From Phoronis australis (Eukaryota > Animalia > Phoronida), in the NCBI GenBank assembly GCA_002633005.1, contig NMRA01000644.1, forward strand, positions 62,001 to 126,000: a stretch of 64,000 bases of DNA, read 5' to 3'. Position 1 is the first letter of the stretch; each line of letters opens with the position of its first letter. A program made the translations under genes and the position numbers. Shown here one piece after another: positions 13,171 through 27,800 of the stretch. The notes beneath the pieces were generated by a model. The model saw nothing but the letters and a program-made list of their open reading frames with translations, did not search any database and was not told where the DNA came from.

Positions 13171-13676
13171 GTATGTTAGTGCAGACAGTGAGTGTTTAAC
13201 GATGACATGCCGAAAGAAAAATCATTTTATCTAAATCTCAAATTATTGGTAGCGAAAACACTCTTGAAGTCTTTTATACTAACATGTAAAAAGACAAAAA
13301 GGCGCGAAAGTGGCGGGTCGTTAAACAGTCCCCTATGTTTACACACGGCAGTCGTTAACGGTTGTAATGTGAATGCTACACTAACACGTGGACTAACATT
13401 TACAAATTCCAAAAGGAGAGTCCGTGATAACAAATTGAAATACGAATAGCTTGTAATAAGAAACACACATTAAAGCTTTCGTTCAGTGCTACAAATTTTT
13501 TCTAAAAACTCTCATCAGATTGTTTACATATCGGAAATATGTTGACGTATGTAGATGTCCTTGTCTAGCTTAAAACTTTATATCAGCGATCAAATCCTAC
13601 CCTCTTGAAAACAAGTCCAAATTTCGTTTATAAATTGATGTGTCAGCAAATGGTCGAGTGGGGTTTGTTATTTTAG

Positions 13677-13811
13677 ACTTGTCAACACCGTGGAGCGAAT
13701 GGTCTGATTGTTCTGCGATTTGTGGTGGAGGCCATCAGACCAGGGCTCGGCTGGATGACTCTGGGGTCTCGCAGAAGGAAACTCAAGCTTGCAATGAAGA
13801 ACCTTGTCCAG
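13677..13811 (+). CDS. Exon encoding a thrombospondin type-1 (TSP1) repeat
   Basis: WSEWSDCSAICGGGHQTRAR...ETQACNEEPCP, phase 1-1 with canonical splice sites. Confidence 0.9.
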
Positions 13812-14254
13812 GTAATTCTTCAAATTAGTACATTTTGAAATTTAAGCAGCAGTGGTTAGTTTTAGGGGTAGATGATGATATCAAGTTGTGGAGCGACGGC
13901 CCAGCTCTCATAATCGTTGGCTTCCAGTGTGCTATGAGTACGATTGATCCCCTTTGACGATCTTTAATTAGCAAGAGAGTGACATAAGTTTCCGCTCTAT
14001 TGGGGAAAGTGCAAACAGAATTTTGTTTTGTTCAGTGTGCTTGGGCTTACAGTGCACAATGATCTTGGTAGAACCGTCATCGCCGACATCAATATGCGCA
14101 GGCTGAACAAACGGCAGTTTAGGCCAAAAAACAATGTTGATTCTGGTCTGTACCCCGACGCTTGCTAAGACTGCGGGCAAAAAGCGGTAGAGCTCGTAGT
14201 CGTCCATGGCAGTACTACAAATACTTATCGCCCATATTACTCAACCAAGTAATC

Positions 14255-14520
14255 GCAGGGCGGGGAGCAGTCGCCGATGCAGATGTCTGCAATGACAGGT
14301 GAGACCTGAGACAGCTCACTTCAAATCTATCAACGCCTTCCAGGAAAAGTTGGTTCGCCACAACGATACTCCTCCTAATGACAAGTAATCCTGTGCAGTG
14401 TACTAGTTATGCAGAAGGCAAGGCCTCTCACACCGCTTCATTGACTAGACCAAACTCACTCTAGTGACCAGGGTCAAGGAACACTCAAAACTAGAAAAAA
14501 AATCCACTGGTATGGGGAAA
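14255..14520 (+). mobile_element. Decayed Penelope (Poseidon-type) RT-linker/GIY-YIG remnant
   Basis: FKSINAFQEKLVRHNDTPPNDK*SCAVY..FID*TKLTLVTRVKEH resembles FKP.NTL.QKLV.PKD..VVY...YIGETK..L..R.KEH. Confidence 0.65.
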
Positions 14521-15078
14521 TAGACGAAATCACATACTCAATAAGATATTGCCTAGATAATACCGCTCAAGCGAATTGATCTAGTGGTATATCCTGTATG
14601 CATGTAGAATAGACAACTCTGAAAGGAACGCTGGCACTGAGCTGCCCTATATACATGTAGGCTACATAGGATTCACCACTCACAAGAATGCAGTCAGTGG
14701 TCTCTAAAGCTTCAGATTTTGTCTTACTTAGAAGCTCGTAACACACGGCACCCTCTATGTTTTAGAGCAGCGTAATAAAAAAGAAGAATTGTGAAAGCGA
14801 ACCATGCCTTATTCCCACTTTATATCACCATGCCCAAAACAGAACCGTCTGGTAGAAAGTTTACTCCGTACGAAATTCGAATACAGCTACTCAACTCTTA
14901 TCATATACGAGTTAAAAACAGAAACCAAGCAGTACTATTTCTTTATGTTCTTCGTACAAAGACGTGCTAAACAACATGTATTTTCAAAACTGATATACAC
15001 TTTTTCAAGGTGAAAAAAATTTCAGGCGACAAATCTCTTTATAGTATTGCTACTCTTTAGTGTATAATCTAGACACTA

Positions 15079-16210
15079 GCCGCCGATTTCATAAAGGTGG
15101 TTTAAAGTTAAACCTGTTTTAAACTGGACTTAGACAAGGTTTAAAGATAATCTGCATTTCATGAAGGTGGCTTAACTTTTAGACCAGTGGTCTAGTAAAA
15201 CCTGGTGTATTCCAATTTAGACCTGGTCTAAGTCAGTTTTCATTTCAACAACGAAGTCTACATTCTTTAGATCTGTATTAAGATCTTAAACCAGGTTTAA
15301 CTTTAGACTTGGTCAGACCTAGGTTTAACTGGTAAATATGAAAGACTTGCATGATATTGGTGCAACTGAATGAGGCCGCGGTGTGCATTTACGACGCAGT
15401 TTTAGAGCGAAAATGGACTATTTTCAATATTCAGTTTTACGACGACACAAGATCAAACGTAGCAGGGGCGGATTCACGACTTTTAAGGGGAGGGGGTCGG
15501 TCAAGGACTTTTTTAAAGGGGGGACCAAGTCAACAATTTGAAAATTACAGATATGATCTCACTAAAATCAAGCAAAAAGGGAGTCCGGACCCCTTGACCC
15601 CCTTCGATCCGCCTATGTGTAGACCAGTTCGTGCTGGATAGTGTCCTGCGGATTCTTCAGAATACGACTGGTCGAGCAGGGCGTCATCGTCATAAGTGCT
15701 ACGGGTTTGACTGAAGACAGCATTTTCTGATTCATCTGAATTCCACCTCCATTGGTCTCCGACTAAGTGTTGCCGGGAAGACGTCTTGTCTCACCCTCCC
15801 CCCGGGCCGCGAAAAATAAACACTAAAATGGCACCGAAATAAATTTGGACATTCATGATATCACGGCTAATCGTGAGCATGTACTTTAATGTGTGTATAC
15901 GTGTGTTGGTCACACACATTACATTTTTCCTCATGAGAAAAGCTTTTACGCCTTTTTCGCAAATGTCTGCACTGATTCAACTAGTGTGTGCCATTGTTTA
16001 CCCACGTGATCAAGGTTTCATTGAAGCCCTTCAATAGTTTCCTTGTTGGGTTAATCCAGATCGACACAGCAGGGTGGCTTAGATACTTTAACCTGGTTTT
16101 ACTAAACCGGCTCCCTGGTCTAACAAAACCAGGCTTTCAGACTCTTAAACAACGTTGGTGAAATGCAAATTGGGTCTAAAATTAGACCTCGTGTAGGAAG
16201 ACCAGGTTTA
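15079..16210. mobile_element. Non-autonomous TIR element copy 1 (Harbinger-like), truncated by the gap
   Basis: Starts GCCGCCGATTTCATAAAGGTGGTTTA, has subterminal AAACC(A/T)GGTTT repeats, and is colinear with 16910-18063. Confidence 0.75.
15463..15617. mobile_element. Nested MITE with 5-bp TSD (same insertion at 17294-17434 in copy 2)
   Basis: CAGGGGCGGAT...ATCCGCCTATG termini. Flanks CGTAG/TGTAG here and CGCAG/CGTAG in copy 2. Confidence 0.65.
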
Positions 16211-16909
16211 NNNNNNNNNNNNNNNNNNNNNNNNNNNNNNNNNNNNNNNNNNNNNNNNNNNNNNNNNNNNNNNNNNNNNNNNNNNNNNNNNNNNNNNNNN
16301 NNNNNNNNNNNNNNNNNNNNNNNNNNNNNNNNNNNNNNNNNNNNNNNNNNNNNNNNNNNNNNNNNNNNNNNNNNNNNNNNNNNNNNNNNNNNNNNNNNNN
16401 NNNNNNNNNNNNNNNNNNNNNNNNNNNNNNNNNNNNNNNNNNNNNNNNNNNNNNNNNNNNNNNNNNNNNNNNNNNNNNNNNNNNNNNNNNNNNNNNNNNN
16501 NNNNNNNNNNNNNNNNNNNNNNNNNNNNNNNNNNNNNNNNNNNNNNNNNNNNNNNNNNNNNNNNNNNNNNNNNNNNNNNNNNNNNNNNNNNNNNNNNNNN
16601 NNNNNNNNNNNNNNNNNNNNNNNNNNNNNNNNNNNNNNNNNNNNNNNNNNNNNNNNNNNNNNNNNNNNNNNNNNNNNNNNNNNNNNNNNNNNNNNNNNNN
16701 NNNNNNNNNNNNNNNNNNNNNNNNNNNNNNNNNNNNNNNNNNNNNNNNNNNNNNNNNNNNNNNNNNNNNNNNNNNNNNNNNNNNNNNNNNNNNNNNNNNN
16801 NNNNNNNNNNNNNNNNNNNNNNNNNNNNNNNNNNNNNNNNNNNNNNNNNNNNNNNNNNNNNNNNNNNNNNNNNNNNNNNNNNNNNNNNNNNNNNNNNNNN
16901 NNNNNNNNN
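16211..16909. other. Assembly gap
   Basis: 699 consecutive N. Confidence 1.
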
Positions 16910-18063
16910 CAGCCGATTTCATAAAGGTGGTTTAAAGTTAAACCAAGTTTAAACTGGACTTAGACCAGGTTTAATGATAATCTGCATTTCATAAAGGTGG
17001 TTTAACTTTTAGACCAGTGGTCTTGTAAAACCTGGTTTAACTCCAGTTTAGACCTGGTCTAAGTCAGTTTTCATTTCGCCAACGAAGTCTATATTCTTTA
17101 GACCTGTATTAAGATCTTAAACCATGTTTAACTTTAGACTTAGTCAGACCCAGGTTTAACTGTTAAATATGTCAGACTTGCATGGTATAGGTACAACTGA
17201 ACGATGCCGCGGTGTGCAATTGTGACGCAGTTTTAGAGCGAAAATGGATTATTTTCATTATTCAGGTTTAATACGACACGAGATCAAACGCAGCAGGGGC
17301 GGATCCAGGATTTTTTAAAGGAGAGGGGACGGTCAAGGACCAAGTCAACAATTTGAAAATTAAAGATTTGATATCATTAAAATCAAGGGAAAGGGGGGGC
17401 TTCGGACCCCTTGACCCTCCTGGATCCACCTATGCGTAGACCAGTACGTGCTGGAGTGTGTCCTGCGGATTCCTCAGAATACGACTGGTCAAGCAGGTCT
17501 CATCGTCGCAAGCCCTACGGAATGACTTAAGACAGCATCCTCTGATTCTTCTGACTGAGTTCCACCTCCACTGGTCTCCGATTCAATGTTGCCGGGAAGG
17601 GGTCTTGCCAACCCTTTGGTCGCGAAAAATAAAAACTAAAATGACACGGAAAATAAATTTGGGCATTTATCATGTTACATCTAACCGTGAGCATGTTCTT
17701 TAATGTGTGTGTGTTGGGCACACAAATTACATTTTTCCTCATGAGAAAAGCTTTTAGACCTTTGTCGTAAATGTTTGCACTGATTCTACTGGTGTATGCC
17801 ATTCTACCCACGTGATCAAGGTTTCATTGAAGCACTTCAATAGTTTCTTTGTTGGGTTTACCCAGCTCGACACAGTGGGGTGCCTTTGATACTTTCAACC
17901 TGGTTCTCCTGACCCAGCTCCCTGGTCTAGCAAAACCAGGCTTTCAGACTCTTAAACCATGTTGGTGAAATGCAAGTTAGGTCTAAAATTAGACCAGGTT
18001 TAGGAAGACCAGGTTTAACTCTTAAACCTGGTTTTGTTAAACCACCTTTATGAAATCGGCTGC
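16910..18063. mobile_element. Non-autonomous TIR element copy 2 (Harbinger-like), near complete
   Basis: TIR CAGCCGATTTCATAAAGGTGGTTTA ... TAAACCACCTTTATGAAATCGGCTG. Confidence 0.8.
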
Positions 18064-21000
18064 AAGTGTTTTCATAACGCGGAATGGTCAACAAGCAGCA
18101 CGCATTTGCGCTCATCTGTTATTGCTCTTGAACATCTCTTCATCACGCTGTATATTGCGCAGATAATTATTGTTTATTTCTTTGATTGAAGAATCTGGGG
18201 AAAAGAAACTGGCTGATAGGTGACGCAATATTTCATTGCGTAGAAAGTCTACGCAAAAGATCACACCATAACTTTAGCAGCAGAAAACCAATTTTTGCAA
18301 CGCTGGTAATTAATTTAGATTAATCTAGGAAGATTTTATTCGGTCAGTTTTTACCCACAACGGCGCAAATTTGTATATTAGATTTATTAAACAGCTTCGC
18401 ACCGAGCCCTTCGGCGTAAGAACACAATACTTGGGTTTCGCGTATACTCCAAGGGGTAAAACTTTGAAAATAATATTTTCGGCGTAACTTGGTACATGTA
18501 ATCCTAAAGAAAGTAGTCTGTGTTTTCATGTAGAACGTAAAAATGATTAACCCAGTGATTCAAAAAGAACACTCTCGCAAACGAAAATACACACAATTTT
18601 CAGTTCTCTTAAACAGGTTAAAAACAACTTCTATAAGTTTATTGCACGCTAGTGATCACCAGGGCAAGTCAAAACTCTTAAGGGGGCGCAATTTCAAACC
18701 TTTGGCATGAATCAGTGTTATAAAAACGGATTTAGACCGACGTTCAATCATCAGCAATGTAGACACAACAGTTACAGACACTGACTGCGTTTGTTAACGT
18801 CTTGTGGCAATGATAAAAATAATTGTTTCTACCATGATTGATAACAAGTTTTACTCTGATGAGCTATGATGCAATATGCATGCCTAATATGCAGATCGGC
18901 AGTTGCAAAAACTATTTACTGGGTTTAATGAATCAGTTTGTTATGAACCACTGCAAAAGTATGATTACTAATTGTACATTAGAAGCACATCTCATTAGAA
19001 TAAAAACATACACATGGGAGTACCTCTATCACAGGCATAAATGATGATACATAGTTGTTAAGCAATAGAGGATAATGAGTCTTACATAATATCACACTTA
19101 GCCATCTACACCAGGCATATACAAAGGATACAATATTTCAAAAGAAGCCATAACTACTCATTTTTCTTAGTATTACTAAATCACAAACACCTAGATTTAT
19201 AATAAGTTACATACTACGATGCTATAAAACCTGCTCTCCCACAATGGAAGGCCTAAGTGGAAACATTTAGCGACATATATTTTCTACGCACGATTAAAAC
19301 CAAGCAAAACATGTTAACTCTCCATGACCAAAAATGAATATCTCAAAACCAGAATTTTTTCTTAAGCTAGAATTAAAACAATCCAATACATTGAGTTTGT
19401 TTTCACACAGAAGACCAAAAAACAAATCAAGACCAAAATTCACCACGTCAAGAATGAAAATTTATCACATCAGCACCTATAATTTATCACGTGAGGACCA
19501 AAAATTCTTCACTTCAGGATCAAAATAAAATACGACCGAACTGAAAATTTAATATTTCAGGTTCAAAAACCTACCATGTCAGTAACTTTTCAAGCCAGGA
19601 CACCACGTCACCATCCCCAAGCATTGATCCTTCAAAGTGATAATGTCCTTACTACTCGTATAAACAAGGGCTAAGTGTTCAACCTCTTGTCGACGACAGA
19701 CATATTATCTTGGAAATGTGGTTAAATTCCTTTCGTCTAATCCACGTTTTACAATAGATGCCAATGTATAGGTACACAGCGGATTGTCATCATTGCATAA
19801 TAGGTGGTCACGTAGTCTCCGAGCATCAAAACAATTCTGTCCTGGTGTGATAAGTTTTCTGACGCAATAAATCCTGGTTGCCAATTGTTTTGATTCTATA
19901 GAGATTTCAATTCCTGAATAGAAAATGTGTGTTCTGGATTTTCCAATCAGCTAACTAGTGCCCAGCACAGTGTTTTTAATATCCCGCGGCAGCTCCACTG
20001 CAACGAATCACTTTTGGCACGACCTTCCGTAAATGGCGTTCGTATTTTGCACATTTCTTCGGGGTAACAGTTTTCAAGAGCTATATATTCATTGGACAAG
20101 TTTCTGTTTGGTATTCGGTTTTATTTTCTTTCTCAGGTAGTCTTTCAGCTCATGCTCTGAAAGTTTTGAAAACGTAACTCCTTCTTTACGTAGATGCTTT
20201 TTTCTGCCCGTGGGCACCGACTCGCTAAATTCATCAACCAAACATTTATTTTTGAAAATTCCCTCAAAAGTGGACTTTTTTAAAACACCGTGTTGACCAT
20301 ATTCGTCAGTGTAGAAAAGCGAACAAATTTGTACACACTGCTCGAAGCACTTTTGTGGACATACGAAAACGCCAACGTCTCTTTCTTACAACGCTGCGTG
20401 TGTTTGACATTTCTGATGAAGCGCTCTCTTGCTGGAAATTTTTTTAAGACTGAGCACCGTTTCAAAAAATTGTATTTCTTCTTACAGCTGAGCACAGAAG
20501 AATTATTCTGCGATTTTAGGACTGAAACGGAACCGAATCTCGAGTGGTGACTCATTAGAATGTGGAAAACTCGGGAGGGTCGGGGGATGGCGATACAAGC
20601 ATGATTTTTTTTTTATTTTCGAGCCAAACATGTAGTTGCCACTTGTCATTCAGCGTCACTTACTACCTAAGGTGGCCAGATCATGCGTTTTCAATATCAC
20701 CAGACGCTTTGCTTCTCAAAAGTCCACCTTGATGTATTTTCTATCATTTTTTCGGGATCGCAATCGCTTTACCAAAGATTCACGCACATATGCCGCGTAG
20801 AGACAAATACCTTTTCACCACGTATTCACATCTTCCCGTTCGCAATTGTTTTATTTTACATAATTTATCAATATGTTGTTGACAGAAAATATTTATTTTT
20901 GGAACAACGTGAACGACCAACTGATAGGGGCCTACGTGAACATGTAACTAGTCCAGATTTTAACGTCACCAATACCTGAAAACGGAATGCGCAAAGCTAC

Positions 21001-21870
21001 AATTGGCTGTTGCCTCAACAGTGTGTCATTCCGTGTTTGATGTCACCGTCTAAGTTCGTGGAAATCGTAACCATGGTATGATTTCGAAGTTAGAGCCATC
21101 GAAGTCAGTGGGTTTAGGGCATACTAGACCATGAATTTCGCGTCTGTACTGCAAGGGTCAATATGAAAATAAAACTCCCGGAGTGAGAGCTCTTCGCGGT
21201 GTAACAACTCACTCACTATCCCAACATCATGGGTGCGTGATAGGAGACCCCTGAATAACTTAAAAAACGCAAAAAGATGCAGTTTGGCGTAACACAAACA
21301 AAATCGATTGTGGGCGAAGACTGTCAAAAATAGCTGCGTTTACAAAATGACTACAGCGTTGTATTGACCGGTAAGCAGCCAATCTAATGCAACTTATTAA
21401 CGTCACGAGTCAAATTAAATATCAAATGTAAAGAAAACTTTCACGTTTTTTATCCAAAACTTCTTGCATTCGTCCATAATCCAATGTTTACTATTACGGC
21501 TTGCCCTGAAGTGGTGTTACACAACCGACGTGAACTCATGTAACCGAGACAGTAAAACCAGGTTACTTTATTTGACCCTGTGCTACCGACGAATATGCAT
21601 CGACACGCAAAGTGGCATCAGCCTGACAACATATTACGCAGCTGCTACTCTAGCCTAAAAATAGGAGCCGACCAGCCGGTCGGCTGATGGTCGGTCGGCT
21701 GAAGGGTCGGCTGGGGAGTCGCCTTATGAGTCGGCACTGCGCGCTGCTGCTGGTCGAATAATTTTAGCCTACCGGTCAGCTAATTTGCCGACCGGTCGAC
21801 GGCCGGTCGTAGACCTATTTCCGACCGGTCGGACAAAAAATTCGTGATGTGTGCTGTATTTTATCTTTTT

Positions 21871-24800
21871 ATTACTCTGCGTGTGCAAGCGCAGAGTTTT
21901 ACTGTTCTACGTATTTTATCTTCGTATTCTTATTCTTCTTCTTCTTCTTCTCTTTCTTTTCATGTTGTTATTGTTGATGCCGTGCATCATTTTTTGTCAT
22001 TGGTTATTGTATTTCATTTACTTGTTACGTTGTTTATTTTCTTTATACGTAACAGTGCATCTTTCGCCGCTGTGATTGGGTTTTGTTCAGTAAGCCAGTT
22101 CTTTGCAGCGGTTCAATAGCAATTTGCATAGTCTAGTAGTAGCTTGACCGGCCGGCTATTATTACGTATTAGCCTCTGTTTGTTACGCGGGTTTTGGTTG
22201 ACTAACGTTTCTCGTGTATAGCGGCGTTGGTTGACAGGATCTGTAAGGCGAATCATGTGTTTTCATCGGATGCTGAAATTTTTATATTGAGCAGACTGTT
22301 AGCCAAACTGTTGTAAGTACTGAGTATTATGGCATAGTATGTTTGTACTCGTGTGCATTTAGCTATAAGTTTAGAGCGTGCATAGTTGTTTAAAGTACTG
22401 TATAGTATATTCAGCTGCTTGTTAATTGATTTACGCTTACTAGCCGAGTACTTAGACTGTGTTTTTTCTTCATTACAGATAACCGCTTTATTGGACACTT
22501 CTTATCGGTAGCAACCAAATAATAAAGTGTGTTATGCAGACGGCTTTGTTTTGTTATCCCTGTAGCCAGACGCGGCTACAGTTATTACTCTTACATTCAT
22601 TCATTTAGAACAATAATATTCATTGTTATTGATCAGATAGTTAAGAAATTTATATTGATATTTTTCGACCCTAAATGCACTAGGATGACCTGAAAGGGGT
22701 CAGTTAGTGCATTTTTTCAAAATGCTTATTCTTCTACAGTTTTTTAGATAGACTCTTCGGACCAAGGGTACCAAGTTTCCGGGTCAAAGGTCATTAAGTG
22801 CAAAAGTGATTTTTGAGCCAAACATTTCATAACCATGCATGCGATAACAATTGATAAAGGAAGTTCACTCAAAACTTTTGGAGTCACTAGGTGCAACTTA
22901 GGGATCATTAAGTGCAGTTTTCTGTTAATTTTAAGACTTCAATCAGCTTGTACTTAAATGATAATTTAGGCAGAGCGATCATATTAATGGTGGTTCAAAC
23001 AATTGCCCCCGAACTTTGACAACAATCAGGCACTAGGGAATTGCACCCGAAAATAGCTTGGAATTTAAATTAGATCAAGGGAACCGAGTTTCCGGGTCAA
23101 AGGTCATTAAGTGCAAAAGTGATTTTTGAGCCAGAAATTTCATAACCATGCATGCGATAACAATTGATAAAGGAAGTTCACTCAAAACTTTTAGGGTCAC
23201 TAGGTGCAACTTAGGTGTCATTAAGTTCAGTTTTCTGTTAATTTTAAGACTTCAATCAGCTTGTACTTAAATGATAATTTAGGCAGAGCGGTCATATTCA
23301 TGGTGCTTCAAACAATTGCCATTCAAAGTCTATTGTTCACTTGGATTTGACTTAAAATGCACCGCAGTGACCCGAAACGGGTCAAGGAGTGCATTCCATC
23401 AATTTCTTCTTCTCGGACAGGCTTTTAAATAGACTACCCGTATTTGATAACAAGCGCGTTCTAGATAAGTGCATCCGAAATTTACGTGGAATTTAAATAG
23501 GATCAAGGGATCCGAGTTTCCGGGTCAAAAGTCATTAAGTGCAAAAGTGATTTTCGAGCTAGACCTTAAATAATCACGTATATAGTTTTCATTCGTAAAA
23601 AGTATTCGCTCACAAACTTTGGGGTCATTAGGTGCAACTGTGTGGTCATTAGGTGAATTTTCCGTTGATATTCTTACTCTTCACTCTTGCTCTTTCTTAG
23701 TTACCAGGGACATCTCTCTCTTTCACACAAAGGATGCAACTTCTATGCAATGTAATACCCCTATACTTCACTATGCGCATGCATACACCACACATGGAGT
23801 TGTAAGTGTGCATACGCAATTGCGTTCTAGATATTATTATTCTTATTCTTATTCTTCTTCCTTCCTTTTCAGATTGTTAGTACTTTTACTTCCATTCGCT
23901 ACCAACATTCATATTCACTGTGGTTCATAGGTTCACCATTGTTTTTTTTTCTGGTTATAATGTTTTGACCTACAATGCTCCCGATTGACCCCAAAGGGGT
24001 GAATTTTTACAAAATGCATCTTCGACAGGTTTTTCGATAGACTTTCGATTTTTGATAACGAGAAGGCACTAGAGATCTGCATCCGAAATTTACTTGGAAT
24101 TCCAATCGGATGATAGGAACTGTGCTTCCTGGTCAAAGGTCATTAAGTGCAAAAGTGATTTTTAGCTAGACCTTTCAAAATCACGCATATGATCAACATT
24201 CACAAAGGAAGTTCAGTCAAACATTGGTGTCACTAAGTGCATTTTTTGGGGTCATTAAGAGCAGTTTTCTGTTAAATTTAAGAATTTTTCAATGATCTTG
24301 AACTTAAATGATGCAGTTGGTAGAGTGTTCATATTCATGGTGGTTCAACCAACTGCCCCTCAAATCATTTTGATCACATGGATTTGACTAAAAGTGCACC
24401 GGAATAACCCGAAACGGGTAAAGGAGTGCATTCCGTCACATTGCTTTTTCTTCTACGGTTTTTTAGAAAAACTCTTCCAATTTTGTTAACAAGCAGATAC
24501 CAGCCAAGTGCTTCCGAAATTTAATTGGATTTCCAATCTGAACAAAGGAACCAAGTTTCAGGGTCAAAGGTCATTAAGTGCAAAAGTGATTTTTGAGCTA
24601 GACCTTTCATAAACATGCATATGGTTACCATTAATAAAGGAAGTTCAGTTCCAACTTTGGGTTCACTTGGTGCAATTTTGGGGTCATTAAGTGCAGTTTT
24701 CTGTTACATTTTCAATCAGTATGTACTTAAATGATGCATTAGGGAGAGCATTTATATTCATGGTGGTTCAACCAATTGCCGATCAAATTCTATTGATCAC

Positions 24801-27800
24801 ATGAAGTTGACTTAAAATGCACCGGATTGACCTGAAATGGGTCAAGGGGTGCATTCCATCAATTTGCTTCTTCTCCTACAGGTTTTTGGATAGACTCCGA
24901 ATTTTGATAACAAGCAGGATCAGATCTGCATCCGAAATTTACGTGGAACTTAAATCGGACCAAGGGAAACTGCTTCAGAAATTTACATGGACTTCCATTC
25001 GGACTAAGGGAGCCGAGTTTCAGGGTCAAAGGTCATGAAGTGCAAAAGTGATGTTTGAGCTAGACCTTTCATAATAACGCATGTTTTCCAGTGTTGAATG
25101 AAGTTTAACCACAAACTTTTGTGTCATTAGGTGCAACTTTGGGGTCATTAAGTGCAATTTTGTGCCAAATTTTAGACTTTTTTAATTAGCTAGTACTTAC
25201 ATTTCGTCTTAGAGAGAACGTTTATTTTTATGGTAGTCCGACCATTTGGCAGTCAAATTCTACTGCTCATATGATTATGACCAAAAATGCACCGAAATGA
25301 ACCAAAATGGGCCAAGGAGTGCATTCCGTCAAAATGCTTATTCTTCTACGGGATTTTAGACAGAATCTTTGAATTTTGTTAGCAAATAGGTACTAAAGAA
25401 GTGCATCCGGAATTGACTTGGAATTCTAATTGGATCTAGGGAACGAGTTTCCAGGTCAATGGTGCAAAAGTCATTTTTGAGCTACATGTTTCATTATTAC
25501 GCATGTGACTTAGATTTATAAAGGAAGTTCAGACAGAAACTCTGGGGTCATTAGGTGCATCTTAGGGGTCATTAACTGCTGTTTTCTGTTAAATTTCAGA
25601 CATTTTCAATCAGCTCGAACTTACATGAAGCATACGGGAGAGCGTTCACACCAGGGACATCTCTCTTTTTCACACCAACACCGCAAACTCTAAACTCCGT
25701 TACACGGCTATAACTTCCCATGCACGTGCGTACAACACGCGAAGAGTTGTAAGTGCGCATACGCAATTGCGTTCTAGTTCTTATATTTATTCTTCTTATT
25801 CTTCCTTCTCCAAATTATTAGTCTTACACCGATTTGTTGGCAACAATCATATTCGTTGTGATTGATACCACGATAAAGGGATTTTTATTAATTATAAAGT
25901 TCTGACCCAAAATGCACCAGAATGACCCGAAACGGGTCATGGAGTACATTCCATCAAAATGCTTCTTCTTCTTCGAGTTTTTAGATACACTCTTCAAAGT
26001 TTGTCAACAAGTACACCCTTAACAACTGCATTTGAAAGTTACTTGGAATTCCAATCGGATGAAGGGAACTGAGTTTCCGGGTCAAAGGTCATTACGTGCA
26101 AAAAGATTTTTGAGCTACACCTTTGAAAATCACGCATGTGATTAATATTGATAAAGGATCTTCGGTCACAAATTTTGGGGTCACTTGGTGCAACTTTGGG
26201 GTCATTAACTGCAGTTTTCTGTTAAATTTAAGACTTTTTCAATCAGCTTGTACTTACATGTAAATGATTCATTACGGAGCACGTTCAAATTCAAGGTGGC
26301 TCAACAAATTGCCGATCAAATTCTATTGATCATATGGATTTGAATCAAAATGCACCTGACTGACCCGAAATGGGTCAAGGAGTTCATTCTGTCAAATTGC
26401 TTGTCCTTCTACAGGTTTTTAGATGGATTCTTCAAATTATATTAACAAATAACCACTAAAGATCAAGGAGTGCATTCCATTAAATTGCTTTCTCTTGTAC
26501 AGATTTTTAGATAGACTCTCCAAATTTTGATAACAAGCAGGCACTAGAGAAGTGCATCCGAAATTTACGTGGCATTTAAATCGGAGTAAGGGAACCGAGT
26601 TTCCGGGTCCAAGGTCATTAAGTGCAAAAGTGATTTTTGAGCCAGATCTTACATAATCACGCATAAATTTTTCACTGGTAAAGAAGATTCAGTCACAAAC
26701 TTTGGGGTCATAAGGTGCAACTGTGTGGTCAATAGGTCCAGTTTTCCGTTCATATTCTTACTCTACTCTGCACTTGCAGGCGTAGAAAACTGTTGCTCCT
26801 GGGTTACTCTTGCTCTTTCACTAAGGAAGTGCATCCGATGTTCACTTGGATTTCCAATCGGATAAAGGGAACTGAGTTTCCGGGTCAAAGGTCATTCAGT
26901 GCAAAATTGATTTTCGAGCTAGACCTTAAAATCATGCATATGATTACCATTCATAAAGGAAGTTCAGTCACAAATTTTGAGGTCAGTAGGTGCAACTTTG
27001 GGGGCATTAAGCTCAGTTTTCTGTTAAATTTAAGACTTTTTCAATCAGCTTGTACTTGATTAATTCATTAGGAAGAGCGCTCAAATTCATGGTGGTTTAA
27101 CCATTTGCTGATCAAAATCTATTGTTTAAAAGGGTTTGATTCAAAATGTACCGGATTGACCTGAAATGGGTCAGAGAGCGCATTCTGTCAAATTGCTTCT
27201 CCTTCTACATAGTTTTATATAGACTCTTCAAATTTTATTAAGAAGTAGGCATTAGAGATCTGCATCCGTAATTTCCTTGGAATTCCGATCGGATCAAGGG
27301 AACCGAGTTTTCTGGTCAAAGGTCATTAAGTGGAAAATTTATTTTTGAGTTGGACCTTTCATAATCATTCATATGATTACAATTTATAAAGGAAGTTCAC
27401 TCATAAATTTTTGGGGACACTGGGTGCGACTTAGGGGTCATTAAGTGCAGTTTTCTGTTACATTTCAGACTTTTTCAATCAGCTTGTACTTAAATGACGC
27501 ATTACGGAGAGCGTTCATATTCATGGTCGTTCAACCAATTGCGGATCAAATTCTATTGGTCACTTGAATTTGACTCAAAGTTCACAGCAGTAACCTGAAA
27601 CGTGTCAAGGAGTGCACTCCGTCAAGTTCCTTCCTCTACATGTTTCTAGATAGACTCTCCGAATTTTGAAAACAAGCAGGCACCAGTGATCTGCATCCAA
27701 AATTTACTTGAAATTTAAATCGGATCAAGGGAACCAAATCTCAGGTTCAAAGGTCATTAAGTGCAAACGTGACTTTTGAGCTAGACCTTACCTAATCAGG

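Larger units (their letters stand above)
7609..14248 (+). pseudogene. Multi-exon gene or pseudogene for a secreted protein: signal peptide, unknown domain, SEA domain, TSP1 repeat, possible CAP-like start
   Basis: Phase-compatible GT-AG exons: 7609-7653, 8636-8849, 9303-9596, 10481-10513, 12532-12706, 13001-13170, 13677-13811, ~14053-14248. Exon 2 has stops in the frame required by the strong acceptors, and the last exon has an in-frame TAA (14166-14168), so functional status is uncertain. Confidence 0.7.

Noticed and set aside
16163-16924. Long 253-aa and 246-aa ORFs in the ORF track
   Set aside because: Artefacts of translating the N gap.
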